Source: Mantamonas sphyraenae STR306
Lineage: Eukaryota > Protista > CRuMs
Reading direction: 5' to 3'
Length of the DNA: 64,000 bases
Assembly (NCBI GenBank): GCA_026936335.1
Contig: JAPMXV010000052.1
Coordinates: forward strand, 248,001 to 312,000
Shown piece by piece: positions 21,200 to 35,313 of this stretch. The first letter of the stretch is position 1; each line of letters opens with the position of its first letter. The notes under the pieces were generated by a model. That model saw only the letters and a list, made by a program, of their open reading frames with translations. It searched no databases and was not told where the DNA came from. The translations under genes and the position numbers were made by a program.

Positions 21200-24100
21200 G
21201 AATGGGCGAGGCTGCGGATACGCCTTTGTCGCACGCTCTTGAAAGCCCACTTTTCCGTCGACATGACCATCGATGTGATCACGGGACCGCCTACAGCGCT
21301 GGTGGTGCACTCGCCTGCCAGTGCCTCTGTGGTGGTTGAAAACCGTGTGTTTCAGCCCTTGGCGCCGTCGACTTGCGCGTCGTAGATGCCGGTAACAACA
21401 TGCTGGGTGCACTCGATGGACTCAATCGCACTGTGAGCGCGTCTGCCAGCGCTGGTGGTGTGCTCGTGGGCGTCCAGGTGGTCACCAGCATGTTTGGCCG
21501 CGCCGTGTTTTCCGATCTTGCCCTGCAATCGCCACAGAACGGCTCCTACACGCTGTGGTTCCTTGTACAGGGTCTGCGCAACACGTCTGTGGCTGTCCAG
21601 GTGGGTGTGGGTCAGCCGTACGCGCTGGCTCGCATTGCCCCCGTGACGACCCTTTCCTACGCGTCCATTGCCTCTGTGCCTCTGTCTACGATCACCGTGG
21701 AGCTTCGAGACGCAGGCGATACCGTGACCACGGGTGATGTGCACGTGCATGCTGCATTGAATGTCTCCATCGCTGGTGTCACTCTGCAGGGCACACTGAC
21801 GAAAGCAGTCGACGCCAACTCTGTCCGCGTGTCCTTCACCGATCTCAAGCTCACGGGACGCATCCCCATCGTCTCTTACGGCATTGTCATGTCTGCATAT
21901 GCGCTGCGAAATGTCACCGTGTCGCTCTCTGTGTACCCTGGCCCTCCCACACAGATTGTTGTTCCCCCGATCACAGCCACCGTGCCGTCGCGCACAAGCA
22001 GTCCCGTGCCACCGCTCCAAGCGATCCTCTACGACAACGGAGGCAACGCTGTTGGCTCCTTTGACGCGTCGCACCGTTTGGTGAGCGTCCAGACATTGAA
22101 CGCATCACTGGTTGCTACGGGCCTGACGCCCGTCAACAGCACCGCAGGCAACGCCACCTTTACCACAGTGGCCTTTTCTGCACCTGCTGTCGGTTGGTAT
22201 GCACTGCGCTTCTCGGCTGCATCCCTCCAAAGTGGCGATGTGGCCGTGCAGGTTGTCACAGGGCCAGCGGTGAGGTTGGAAACCACGTCGCCTGCGTCTG
22301 TTTCGGTGTCTTCTGGCGTTTCCGTGCCTTTGGGTGTGTTGTGATCCATGCGCTGGACGCGGGCTCAACCGCGTGCTTGCAGGCGACTCGCTGGCAACGC
22401 GTTCAGTGAACGTCACCGTCGACAACACCGCTAGTGGACTGGGAACAACACAACCTACGTCATGAGTGCAGGTGTGGTGAGCGTGAATGCCTTGCTCTTT
22501 CAGAAACCTCGCACCGGCGCGTACACCTTGACTTTTGCTGCGGATGGCTTGTCGAGCTCCATCGCTAACGTGAACGTGACTCTGGGCACTGCATACCAGC
22601 TCGTGCTCGCCACAAACTGGACGATGCAGTTTGCATCGACTCGAGAGTACCAGATCCCAACGCTGCACGTGACCCTTGACGACGTTGCAGGCAACTCGCT
22701 GGTTGGTAGCGACGCAGTCACGCGAACTGTAAGCGTTCAATCCACGAGCTTGAACATCAGTGGCACAACAAGCGAAAGTATGTCCCTGGGATCCGTCGAG
22801 ATGAACGCGGTCACGGTACTCCATGGCCGCAAGGGGATCCATACCATCAGCGTCACGTCTGCCGGTCTTCAGGAAGTGAACATCACTGTCAATGTGACAG
22901 AAGGCAACGCCGAGAGGCTGCTGATTGTGGAACGTCCCTCGTTGGTCGTGTCGTCTGATGAATATGTGCATCTGTTTCCACTGACTGTGCATTCGCTGGA
23001 CGCAGGCGGAGTGCAAACGGCGCTCTATCCCGAGGACTCGGTGGCTTCCACCACGCTCATCGGCGCTCCTGCCGACTCTGATGTGGCACTCGTGGGCTAC
23101 ACCGCAGAGTACATTGTGGACGGAGTCGCCAACTTTACGAATCTGCAGCTGTACCGTCCGAGCCCGCAAGATTACACGATCACACTGACCACGCCGACGT
23201 GGACGTTCGACTCGTTCACCGTAACCGTGGTTCCAGGTGCGCCGTATGAGCTGGTGAGCGAATTCAACACACTCTCCCAACGATCGTCGACCTTTTCGAC
23301 TGCACTGGGCACGGTTACCATCCGGCAGAGGGACGCAGGAAGAACGTGGCTGTACGACCATCCCAACGAAAAGGACATCACGGCTGTCCTTCTGAACAAC
23401 ACCGCCACGCTGCGCAGCACGGGTTCTGTCGAGCGCATGCGCAACGGCACGGCTGTGTTTGCTTCGCTGGCGTTGCTCTCCCCACCCTTGGGCGTGTATG
23501 GCATCGAGTACCGTGCGCCAGGACTGATCAGCGCCCAATCACACGTGCGCATTGTGGTTGGGCCTGCTGCACGGCTTTCCAGCACCACCTCGGCAGTGAC
23601 AGCCACCAGCAACATCTTCCCTTGTCAGCTCGTTTACAGTGCGCGCATACGATGGAGGAGAGGCTGTGGGCGACACAGACACGATCTCTCGCGAGACCGA
23701 CGTCAGCGTGCAGAGCGGCGGTCCAGGCGCCTTGGATGCAAACCGGCAACCTCTGGCCACGCCGATTCTGGCCGGACGTGTCAGATACACCATGCAGGCA
23801 GGCGTGGTGACCATCGACGGAGTGCGCTTGTTGCGCCCGCGTGCTGGCGTGCATGTGCTGGTGGTCACACAAGGCAACCTGCAGCCTGCATTGGTACAGG
23901 TCAACATCTCCAGCGGCGTTGCCGAACATCTGCTTGTACAGGGCGGTGGGAAACAAACACTGACGTACGCAGGCAGCAACGCAGCCGATGTGCCTGTCAA
24001 CGGCGTGACTATGCGTGTTGTGGATGCAGGCGGAAATGCCCTCGACGCAAACACGCCCACATCGCCCAGCACGCAGCTCGTTGTTGACGCCCAGCTGCCC

Positions 24101-25186
24101 TCTGTAGCGATCTCTGTGAGCAGCAGCGACGGCGTGTTGCGCGCTGGCACTCTGTCGCGTGTGGCCTCGGCTGCAAATGGCTATCAGGTGGACTTTGCCG
24201 ACGTGCGCATCACCCCCACGGCTGGCACGTACACACTCGCCTACACCGCCAGCGGCCTGGAACCCACCACCAGCAGCGTCACGGTGATGCATGGACCCGC
24301 ACACACCCTCCGCTTTGTCCGCAACATGACCTTGTTCGTCGACAACCGCAACTCGGCGGAGCAGCCGTTCCCCGTTCAGCCCGAAGTCGAAGTGATCGAC
24401 ACAGCAGGCAACAGGGTCAACACATCGGATGTGCTCGTGCGCATCCTGGTGTCTCGGTACACACAAGGAGCCACGTACGAAAAGGCAGCTCTCGATGGAA
24501 TCGCCAATTTCACCGGCGTCTTCTACACCGGTCCCTTTGGCGACGCGGTCGACGTCACCGTGATTGGCAACGTGATCAGCAACGACGCGCAGTTGTCTCC
24601 GCTCGTGCTGCCCAAGGCCCTGACCTTCATCACATGCCCCGAGTACCGACCCAGCTCCGAGCCCACCGGCACCAAAGACTCGTGTTTCTGCTCGCCAGGT
24701 CACTATTCCATCACTCCACACTCGCCTTGCCTTGGCTGCGACCAGTTTGGCTACCAACCCAAACCGGGCCAGGATAAGTGTGAGCCTTGCCGTGCCAACA
24801 GGGACACCAACGGCATCCTCGGGGCAACCAACGCCAGCCAGTGTCTGTGTTCCGACGGCTTCTACGAAAACGCCTTTACCAATGGCGACTGCCAGATTTG
24901 CCCTGCTGGTGGCGTGTGCAGCCAGAGCGAGGATGGCGGCTACACAACCGGCACGGGCTACTTCAGCTTCAATCTGGCCGAAGCCAAGTTTGTGCGCTGC
25001 CCCAATCCGGACGCCTGCCTGGGTGGAGGCAACTCCACCTGTGCAGAGGGCTACCACGGTCCACTTTGCTCACTGTGTGACCCAGGATACGGCAAGCGCG
25101 GAACAACTTGCCACAAATGTGACGCCGAGGCGGTGAGCTGGCTGTACGTGGTGGGCACCCTCCTGGCGCTCATCTACATCATGGCA
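21200..25186 (+). pseudogene. Truncated, frameshifted large cell-surface protein (beta-sandwich/Ig-like repeats, Cys-rich ephrin-receptor/GCC2-like repeats, first TM helix)
   Basis: Repeated V/T-rich units (D.GGN, F..L, PGxY), then CSPGHYS..C..C...YQP..GQ..C..C and C.EGY.GPLC..C..GY. Frameshifts at ~21360, ~22340, ~23630. Cut inside the TM segment (LIYIMA) at the inverted-repeat arm; no clear start or signal peptide. Confidence 0.75.
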
Positions 25187-27311
25187 GGGAGCAGAGGAGA
25201 TCAAGAAACATGTGGGACGCACAAGGACGGATCGGCAAACGCCGAGACACAGGGTGGAAGTCAAGAGGGCGTATGGGATGCAGGAAGGGTGGAGTGTGGC
25301 GGGTGGGTGGAACGCGTATGCCTGGGGAGGGTGAGAGAGATGGAGGAGCGTGGGTAAAGGCGGAGCTGGTACATGAGCCAATGTGGTGTGGTGTGCTGTA
25401 AACAAGCGAGCCGGGGATGAAGGTGGTTGAGGCGGGAAGAGGGGGGGGGAAGGTGGGAGGCGAAGGGAGTGGCAGGTGGGAGGCGAAGGGAGTGGCGGGT
25501 GAGAGGCGAAGGGAGTGGCGGGTGAGAGGCGAAGGGAGTGGCGGGTGGGAGGCGAAGGGAGTGGCGGGTGGGAGGCGAAGGGAGTGGCAGGTGGGTTTGT
25601 TGTTGTTTGGAGGAGGAGGTGTTTGGGGATGAATGATTCGTGGTGATGGATGTGAGATGCATGTGGGATGGAAAGAGGGTGTATTGCATGCATGTAAAGT
25701 TTTACAGTTGCAGAGGGGTTCTGCGATGTGTGAGGAATGGGCAGAGGGAAATTGGGAAACCCGGAGAAGGGCGAGAAAGTGGCCGGTCGGGAGGCAACGA
25801 GTACTCCCGAAGCGAGTGTATGCTCAGGGGACGTCATTTGAGCATGATGGGATGGTGGAAATGCATCAAAAAAAGAAGCTTCAGCCCGGATTTGAACCGG
25901 GGATCTCCTGATTACAAGTCAGGCGCCTTGACCACTTAGCTACTGAAGCGGGCAACTACTAAAAGTGAGTTATTGGTCAAATTTTTGGTTGGTGGCGAAT
26001 TCGTGCAGTGTAACGACCACAAGCGCAGCTATCCACCACCTCCGCCCCATCCCCATTTTCTTCTCGGCAATACACGAGGTTGTGCGTGGCCTCCTCTTCC
26101 ATCCTGCCAATTCTGCTTCTTTCGTCGCACTCGCCCTAACCCCCTTCTCCTTTCCCAGTGCCCCCTCCCCCTCCCCCTCCCCCCCCCCCCCGCCCGCATC
26201 TCAGCCTCCATCCTCCTCCACCCCACCCCCCCCCCTCCACCCCACTCGGACCCGGCTGAAGCTGCATTCGTTTTGCATTTCCACCATCCCATCATGCTCA
26301 AATGACGTCCCCTGAACATACATTCCGTTGGGAGATGGTCATCGCCTCCCAACCTGCCACTTTCTGCCCTTCCCGGGTTTCCCGGGTTTCCCGATTCTTA
26401 TCCAATTCTCATCCTCCACTTTCCCCCTCACACCACAAACCGCAAACCCATTTGCCACTGCAGTATGCAACACACCCTCCTCCCATCCCTCATCCAATTG
26501 CTGTTCCAGTTGGGCCACTTCTTCACGCAGGCCTTCCTTCATGGCGTCCACATCGACAAGCTCACGCCTCACAATCATTGACTGCGACGTTGCCGCACAA
26601 CTCCATGCGCAGATTCTCTATCAAGCTGCGCAAGGAAATGGCATCATGCTCGACCTCCTCTTCCAATCCTTCCTCCAAACAACAATCACTCCCTTCACCC
26701 CCCCCCCCTTCCCCCGCGCTCTTCCCGCCTCAACCACTCAACCACCTTCATCACCGGCTCGCCTGTCTACAGCACACCCCACCACATTGGCTCATATACC
26801 TGCTCCGCCCATACCCACGCTCCCCCACTCTCACACACCCTTCCCACACATACGGTTTCCACCCATCCACCGCCACACTCCACCCTCCCCTGCACCCCGT
26901 ACGCCCTCTTGACTCCCAACCTGTCGCTCAGAACCTGCCAGTCTGTCCTTGTACGTCAAAAGCGTTTCTTGATCACCTCTTGCCTTGTCCACGTCGCCGA
27001 CAATTCCCACCCACACACTGCCACACTCCCACCGCAGCCCCGTCCCACCGTCCCTCCTTCTCCCTCCCATCCCCCCCCCCCCCCCACCACCACCACCACC
27101 GACTCCCACCCTGCAATCCCTCCCCCCCCCCCACCCCAGCCAACCCCCAAATTTCTCCATATTCATCCCACCAACACTCATGAGCACGCCAATGTGAGAC
27201 TGCTCCAATAGAAGGGATCAACAATACGTCGCAGTTCACTTAGGCCGTCCAATGTGGAACACGGCTTGGAGAGTGGAACCGCGCAGTGCACTGCTTGGGA
27301 TCAGCTGTGTG
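25187..27311 (-). repeat. Right arm of the ~2.1-kb inverted repeat
   Basis: Reverse complement of 18997-21151 with small indels and homopolymer/minisatellite length differences. Confidence 0.95.
25877..25949 (-). tRNA. tRNA-Thr(TGT), second copy
   Basis: Exact reverse complement of 20318-20390; A7 at 25868-25874 is the terminator on the minus strand. Confidence 0.95.
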
Positions 27312-27511
27312 CCTGACTGTATCAAACAAGTTCCCTAGGGACACAAGACACAAGAGCACACACGTACTCACGTAGTTGGTGAGATCGCAGGTGTCCTATG
27401 GTGCCGCATGGGGAACCAGACGCGACTCTTCTTTCGAATGCCATCCACCGTGGCCACACGGCCGCGTGAACCCGCCAACACGGCCAACCAAATCCCCCTG
27501 TGAACACGCTC

Positions 27512-29391
27512 ATGTCCCAAACGCGCGCCATGATGGATGAAGACGCGATGGATGGGGCGTCTGTGCAAGATGGCCCCTCCGTGCACGCGACACCAGCACC
27601 CGAACGCATCTTGACCACAACGAAGCACGCCACGCCGGAAGACTCCACCCCGTCCACCCTGTCCGACGACTTTGCACAGTACAGCGGGTAAGAACAACAG
27701 CAGCCACCCATCCCCCTCCCCACCCCACCCATCCCCTGTACTGACATAACCAGGGTGACCCGTGCGCGCTGTGTGTTTTTGACAGGTCAGTCCCCGGCGA
27801 CCAGCACCAGCAGCTGGACGACGCAGCACAGGGTACCGCCTCACGCCAGAGAACACCGCCCTCTCGCACGGAGACACTGCTGTCACAGGTGCCAATGGAG
27901 GTGTGGCAGCGCATCATCCCCCGCCTGGACGCCGCCAGCGCCCTTGCCCTCTGCTCCATCAACAAACACATGGTGGACATGGGCGACCAGTACCAAGTGG
28001 ACAACCAGCCGCTGAGGAGCACCCTTGTGTCCGCATTGGGCGAGTTCGGTGGTGTGGTGGTCAAGAATGGCGACAAGCTGCACCAAGTGCCACGGCTGCA
28101 TCGCCTCGCAACACACACGGCCCTGTTTGAGCTGTTTGGGGAGAACAGCCTGCCTGAACGCATCCATGCAGAGGATCTGCCATCTCTGTGTGGACGCTCA
28201 CTGCACGCGCTGCGGTTCGTGCTGCGGCGAACGGAATTGGTCAACCATTCCTCCCACAAACTGAAGATGATGGTCCAGATCTGTGTGCCCTTCCGCGAGG
28301 CAACGTACGCCGTTTACAGGGAAGCCGGTGCCCCGCAAAGCCTTCTGCAAACCTGTAGGTTGAACGGCAGCATGGACGCGATCTACAACGGCGACACCGC
28401 GGGGTTTGACGATGCCACAGGACAGTTGGGTGATGCAGACTCCCTCGGACGAACACTCGCAGACGTGCCACTGTCCAACATAGCGGCGTACCTCGAGCAC
28501 GCTGGAGATGCGGTGCACTGCACAAACAATGCGTTGACGCAGGTGTTGGTGGGACACGGCGTGGCCGGTGTGGAAGAAGCAATGGCAATGGGACTGAGCG
28601 GCTGTGATGGCATGCTAGCCCGCGTTCCTAACGTGCTGCTGAAACACGAGTGGCAACCCTTGCTGCGCGTCTGTATGGCGGCAAAGGACATGTCTCTGTT
28701 GGAAGGCCTGGGAAGCGTTCTGAAGAACCGCTCACTCGTGGCGTGTGTGCTGTCCACGGTACCCGTGGGTACTCTGATCACGAGCACACCAGCCTGTGAT
28801 TTCCACCAGGCACTCGTTCTGGTGCAAGGTGAGGAGAAGGCCATGGCCACCCTTCGTCGTCACGCCCACAAACTGTATCTGGCAGCCCTGCAGGTTGTGG
28901 ACACGGGGGAATGGATGCTGGACACACCCCAGATCGCGTCGAAGCTGAAGGACGAAGGGTTGGCAAACCTGTACCGGATTCACCGTCATCGTGGTGCGAT
29001 TGGTCTGCTGATCCAGCGCAATGCTTGGCGGACGGTCATTGACATTGCAGATGCGAGGGATTTGACATCACAGCTGTCCATCCTGGGCATGGTGCTTCCA
29101 GAGGAGCACGTTGTCTCCTTCCTCTTGCACGCTGGAGCCCAATCGAAAACGCAGGCAAAGCATGCGTTGGCATGGGTGTTGGCACACCAGGAGGAGCAAC
29201 TGGATGACGACGCAGTTGTGGAGCTCTACAATGTGTGTCACCTCAAACAAGCGCTTCGTTTGCTGGTGGAGCGGGAGGCATGGGCGAAGGCCATTGCCAT
29301 TGCAGATCCAAGGGATCTGGTGGAGCAGCTGAAGAGCACACGCAAGGAGCTTCCTCAAGAGCATGCCATCAGATTCAACAAGCTCGCGTAA
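27512..29391 (+). CDS. F-box-like helical-repeat protein, paralog 1 (2 repeats, no C-terminal domain); intron 27688-27785
   Basis: GTAAG...ACAG intron keeps frame; LLSQVPMEVWQRIIPRLD...CSINKH F-box-like motif. Confidence 0.75.
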
Positions 29392-29879
29392 CGCCTCGCA
29401 ATCTGGGATGCCGTGCAGCGGGGACTACAATGAGGAAGAAGTTGGAACAACACAACGGCGCAGGGAAGCACCGACGGAATGAAAATGGCGTTGGATGATG
29501 GGATGACGCTGGATTGCAGTATGGAGGTGGGCGTACAGGTGAAATTCCGGCGGATTCTTGATCACTCGCTCGAATCCCAGCACATCGCGCCCCAGGGCAA
29601 TGGGGAAAGGGAGACTCATGGATAGGGGATTAAATGCATTAAATCCGTCGATGGGTGCGCTTGGGTTGTTTCGTGGGACACAATGGGTCGTTGTAGTGAG
29701 CAGCCACACCTCGCACGTCGGCGTGGTTTGCAGCCAGTGTGGGTGTTCCCAGAGAGGGGAAAGGCAGGGTTTGGTCGGAGACGACTGAGAGGGCAGAGTA
29801 TCAAAGATGAGGCCACTGTGCCAGCTCTGCCTTTGCCAACCGAAACCACACCCAACGCGACCACTGTGGACTCACATCA

Positions 29880-32800
29880 ATGTCCCACAAGCGTAGCACG
29901 ATGTCCAGAGACGAGGACAAGGGCGATGTGGATGGTGAAGAAGAGAACCCGTCCGTTGACGCCACCCCTGCGCCCAGACGCCAGCGGGTGGCCAGGATCC
30001 GCACTTTGGCAAAGCTCACCAGCCACCATACCGACGGCACACGGACAACCAGGTACGTAGCTCTGCCGCCACACATCCCCCCCCCCCCCCCACTCCACCC
30101 ATCCCCTGTACTGACATGGCCAGGGTGAACCCGCGTGCGCTGTGTGTTTTTCTGACAGGTCAGTGCCCGGCGACCAGCACCAGCAACCTGGCGACGCAGC
30201 ACAGGACACCGCCTCACGCCAGAGAACTCCGCCCTCTCGCATGGACACACTTCTATCTCAGATCCCGGTGGAGGTGTGGCAGCGCATCATCCCCCGCCTG
30301 GACGCCGGTGCCGCCCTTGCCCTCTTCTCCATCAACAAACACATGGTGGACATGGGCGACCTGTACCAAGTGGACAACCAGCCGCTGAGGAGCACCCTTG
30401 TGTCCGCATTGGGCGAGTCCGGTGGTGTGGTGGTCAAGTATGGCGACGAACAACACCGGGTGCCGCGACTGAACCGGCTCTACCTGAACCGGGCCCTGTT
30501 TGAGCTGTTTGGGGAGAACAGTGTGCCTGAACGCATCCATGCAAAGGACCTGTCATCTCTGTGTGGACGCTCGCTGCCTGTGCTGTACTGTGTGCTGCGG
30601 CGAACAACGCCGGTCGCCCACTTTGAGGACGAGGACGAGTACTTCGACCTGCGAAACGCCATCGAGGATTGTCTGCCTTTCGAGGAGGCATTGGGAGGCT
30701 TGTTGATGGCAGCAGGCGACCTGGAGTATGTCGCGGTATACAGGGACGTGTGGTCCGACATGGATGCGATCTACAATGGGGACAGCGGGAGGCAGTTCAC
30801 CCACGGGTGTTTGGGTGAGCCGGACTCAAAGGGACGCACACTGGCAGATGTGCCACTGTCCAACATCGTTCCACACGTGAATTATGTCATGGAACAGGAA
30901 GATGGGATGCTGGAGCACACGTTGAACGCACTGACGCAGGTGTTGGTCGGACACGGCCTTGCTGGTGTGCAGGAGGCAATCGCAATGGGACTGAGCGGCT
31001 GTGATGGCATGCTTGCATGCATTGCAGATGTGCTGCCAGAATCCGAGTGGCCAAACGCGTTGCAAGCAGTCTGTGAGTCGGAGGAGAACTTGACTACTCT
31101 GTTGGAGGAGTTGCGGCGTGTGCTGGACAACCGCGCACTGGTTTCATGTGTGCTGTCCACGCTTCCTATTGAAGCTCTGGTCATGAATGCACCAGCCGAT
31201 GCACTGCACAAGGCGCTCATCCTGGTGGAGGGCCGGGGGAAAGCCATGGCCACACTTGTCAAACAAGCCAAGCTGTTCTACGTGGCAGCACTGAGGGACC
31301 GGACCAAGGCGCAATGGATTGCCAGCACACCTCAAATCGTGTCACAACTCGACAACGATGCCGTGGCACAGCTGTATGGAAAGCATCGTCTCCAGCAACT
31401 TCTGGCTGTTCTGGTGGAACGGGAGGCATGGGAGGAAGTCATTGACACTGCAAGACCAGGGGATCTGACGGAAGTGCTTGACAGCATGGGCATGGTGCTT
31501 CCGCAGGAGCATGTGCTGCGATATCTCAAGCGTGCCCGAACAGGTGATAACGCTGCTGTGAAGTGGGTGCTGGACCAACACGGAGAACAGCTTGATGACG
31601 ACTCTGTTGCAGCCATGTACAGGGTATGTCCACACAAGGAAGCCGTTCGTTTGCTGGTGGAGCGTGGGGCATGGGAGGCGGTCATTGACATGGCCACACC
31701 TGATGATCTGAGTGTTTTCCTACGCGACAAGGGCATGGTGCTTCCGCAAGAGCATGTGCTGCGATTTCTCGAGCGTGCCCAAAGAGCAGAACACCGGCAA
31801 GCAACTGCTGCGGTGGGGTGGGTGCTGGTCCACCACGGGCAACAGCTGGATGACGACACCGTTGCGCACCTGGTCAAGACCTATCGACACAAGAAAGGCA
31901 TGAGTTTGCTGGTGGAACGGGAGGCATGGGATGTGGTCATTGACACGGCCCCACCTGGTGTTCTGAGTGTTTTCCTACGCGACAAGGGCATGGTGCTTCC
32001 GCAAGAGCATGTGCTGCGATTTCTCGAGCGTGCCCAAAGAGCAGAACACCGGCAAGCAACTGCTGCGGTGGGGTGGGTGCTGGTCCACCACGGGCAACAG
32101 CTGGATGACGACACCGTTGCGCACCTGGTCAAGACCTATCGACACAAGAAAGGCATGAGTTTGCTGGTGGAACGGGAGGCATGGGATGTGGTCATTGACA
32201 CGGCCCCACCTGGTGTTCTGAGTGTTTTCCTACGCGACAAGGGCATGGTGCTTCCGCAAGAGCATGTGCTGCGATTTCTCGAGCGTGCCCAAAGAGCAGA
32301 ACACCGGCAAGCAACTGCTGCGGTGGGGTGGGTGCTGGTCCACCACGGGGAACAGCTGGATGACGACACTATTGCGCACCTGTTCAAGACCTATCGACAC
32401 AAGAAAGGCATGAGTTTGCTGGTGGAACGGGAGGCATGGGATGTGGTCATTGACACGGCCCCACCTGGTGTTCTGAGTGTTTTCCTACGCGACAAGGGCA
32501 TGGTGCTTCCGCAAGAGCATGTGCTGCGATTTCTCGAGCGTGCCCAAAGAGCAGAACACCGGCAAGCAACTGCTGCGGTGGGGTGGGTGCTGGTCCACCA
32601 CGGGCAACAGCTGGATGACGACACCGTTGCGCACCTGGTCAAGACCTATCGACACAAGAAAGGCATGAGTTTGCTGGTGGAACGGGAGGCATGGGATGTG
32701 GTCATTGACACGGCCCCACCTGGTGTTCTGAGTGTTTTCCTACGCGACAAGGGCATGGTGCTTCCGCAAGAGCATGTGCTGCGATTTCTCGAGCGTGCCC

Positions 32801-35241
32801 AAAGAGCAGAACACCGGCAAGCAACTGCTGCGGTGGGGTGGGTGCTGGTCCACCACGGGGAACAGCTGGATGACGACACTATTGCGCACCTGGTCAAGAC
32901 CTATCGACACAAGAAAGGCATGAGTTTGCTGGTGGAACGGGAGGCATGGGAGACGGTCATTGACATGGTCACACCTGGTGCTCTGGGTGCGTACCTCGAC
33001 AGCAAGGGCATGGTGCTTCCGAAGGAGCATGTGCTGCGATTTCTCAACCGTGCACGACGACGTGATAATGACACTGCCGTGGAGTGGGTGCTGGTCCACC
33101 ACGGAGAACAGCTGGATGACGACACCGTTGCGCAACTGTTCAAGGCACATCGACACAAGAAAGCCATTCGTTTGCTGCTGCAACGGGAGGCATGGGAGAC
33201 GGTCATTGACATGGTCACGCCTGGTGCTCTGATTGCGTACCTTGACAGCAAGGGCATGGCGCTTCCGCAGGAGCATGTGCTTCGATTTCTCAACCGTGCA
33301 CGAGGATGTGATATCAACGCTGCCGTGGAGTGGGTGCTGGTCCACCACGGGGAGCAGCTGGATGACGACACTGTGGCGGACATCCACAAGGCTTATCCCC
33401 ACAAGGAAGCCATTCGTGTGCTGGTGGAACGGAAGGCCTGGGAGACGGTCATTGACGTGGCCACACCTGGTCATCTGAGTGCGTACCTTGACAGCAAGGG
33501 CATGGTGCTCCCGCAGGAGCATGTGCTGCGATTCTTCGAGCGTGCACGAGGTGATGCCGCCGCCGAGAAGTGGATTCTGGTCCACCACGGGGACCAACTG
33601 GATGACGACACCATTGCAGACATGCACAAGAGATATCGACACCAGGAAGCCATTGGTTTGCTGGTGGAGCGCGGGGCATGGGCGATGGTCATAGACAGTG
33701 CAAGACCTGGAGATCTGACGGAAGTGCTGGACAGGAATGGCATGGTGCTTCCACAGGAGCATGTGCTGCAATTCCTCGAGAGTGCACGGGGATGTGATAT
33801 CGCTGCCGAGAAGTGGGTGCTGGTCCACCACGCGGAGCAGCTGGATGACGACACTGTGACGCACTTGTACAAGAAATTTCGGCACAAGGAAGGTGTTCGT
33901 GTGCTGGTGGAGCGTGGGGCATGGGAGATGGTCATTGATATGGCCACACCTGGTGTTCTGGGTGCGTACCTACACAGCAACGTCATGGTGCTTCCGCAAG
34001 AGCACGTGCTGCGATTTCTCAAGCGCGCCGTTGATGAGAACGCCCGATCGTATGCAGCAAGTTGGGAACGCAATGATGCTGTGCTGTGGGCAGTGGAGCA
34101 GCACACGGCGCAACTGGAGCTCGATACCATACTCGAGTGCTACAGAAGCGACCCGGACGAACGGCTGTTGCCAATCCTGCTGTCCAAGGACGACTTTGAT
34201 GACGACCACAGGGCATTGTGGGTCCCATACGAGCTCAAGCGGCCGAGCGCACGAGCCAAATCCTTTCTGCTGCCAAGCGTGCAAGAACGCTGGCAACAGC
34301 AGATGAATCGATGTGCGAGCGTGTGCAGCGAGAGTGGGGCGGAGGCGTTTGTGCACTACGTGCGGCAGTGGATGAGCAGGGCAGTGAGGAAACAACCCTG
34401 CAACGACTCGGAGGTGATGGCAGTGGCCATGGAGGGGCTGGAGAACGAGGATGTGGTGCATGTGGGCAAGCTCGTGAACGCAGACGAGCTGGAGACGGGG
34501 CGGTGGTCAAAGGATCTGGCCACTGACGCAAGGTGGATGCAGCTGCTGGACATCGGGTTCCCTCTGAACGTGCTGGGCGTCATGCTGCCTCGAATGCAGG
34601 GCATCCGTAAGTACAGTGTTGAGCTGCACCGGCGCATCGTCCGTGGGCTCATTGACCAAGGAACGATGTTCGTGTTGCAGCAGTTGGTGGGAACCAGTCC
34701 AACAGCCCTGAAGGAAACATATGCGTATCTGTACGAATTGGACAGCTCGACGGCACTTGAGAAGCTGCTTGCCCTCCACGACGAGGTGGACAACGAGGTG
34801 TTGCTGGAGCTTCTGCTGCAGCACAAGGATCCGCAGGCCCTGGAGGAACTGGTGTCACGCTTCCCATTCATGGTGGTGACAAAAGGGATGTACGAGGCCG
34901 TGGGAGGCGAGAACCTTGGTGAGCAGACGCAGCAGAGGTGGGAACTCGTGAAGCAAGTCCACCAGGAGTACCATTCAGGACGGTGGACTTGGAGCGATTT
35001 GGCTCATGTGGTGCTGTCCCCGGGAGGTTCTGCCGATACGCTCATCCGTTGTCAAGTGCTGTGGGAATGTGGGCACAAGTTCACCACCAGCGACTGGCCG
35101 GATGCCTTGAGCACGGAAGGAGCCAACTTTCTGGCATCTCTGGGGATCAGTGTGTCTGGCACAGCAGACCTTGACGATGAGCTGACAAAGGAACTGGAAT
35201 GGCTGAGGGGTGTGTACCGTGCGTTCAAAATGAAGAGCTGA
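29880..35241 (+). CDS. F-box-like helical-repeat protein, paralog 2 (11 repeats of 80-85 aa); intron 30053-30158
   Basis: Phase-2 GTACGT...ACAG intron joins into the 1699-aa ORF; LLSQIPVEVWQRIIPRLD; repeated LLVEREAW..VID...GMVLPQEHVLRFL...WVLVHHGEQLDDDT. Confidence 0.85.
31700..32950 (+). repeat. Five near-identical 255-bp coding repeats
   Basis: Shadow ORFs at 31712, 31967, 32222, 32477 and 32732 with period 255. Confidence 0.95.
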
Positions 35242-35313
35242 CCACGCACCGCTCTGCCTCTGCCAAACCAAACCCCACCCCCCCCCCACCACCACCACTG
35301 TGAACACACATCA

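Noticed and set aside
15618-21200. Many Pro/His- or Gly/Trp-rich ORFs
   Set aside because: Products of G/C strand skew and repeats; no recognisable domains.
1-25949. Functional clustering of ThrRS with two tRNA-Thr genes
   Set aside because: They are 19 kb apart and the second tRNA arises from the inverted duplication; coincidence is sufficient.
18980-27330. Target-site duplication around the large inverted repeat
   Set aside because: The outer flanks (TTGGCTGC and CCTGACTG) show no direct repeat, so it was not called a transposon.
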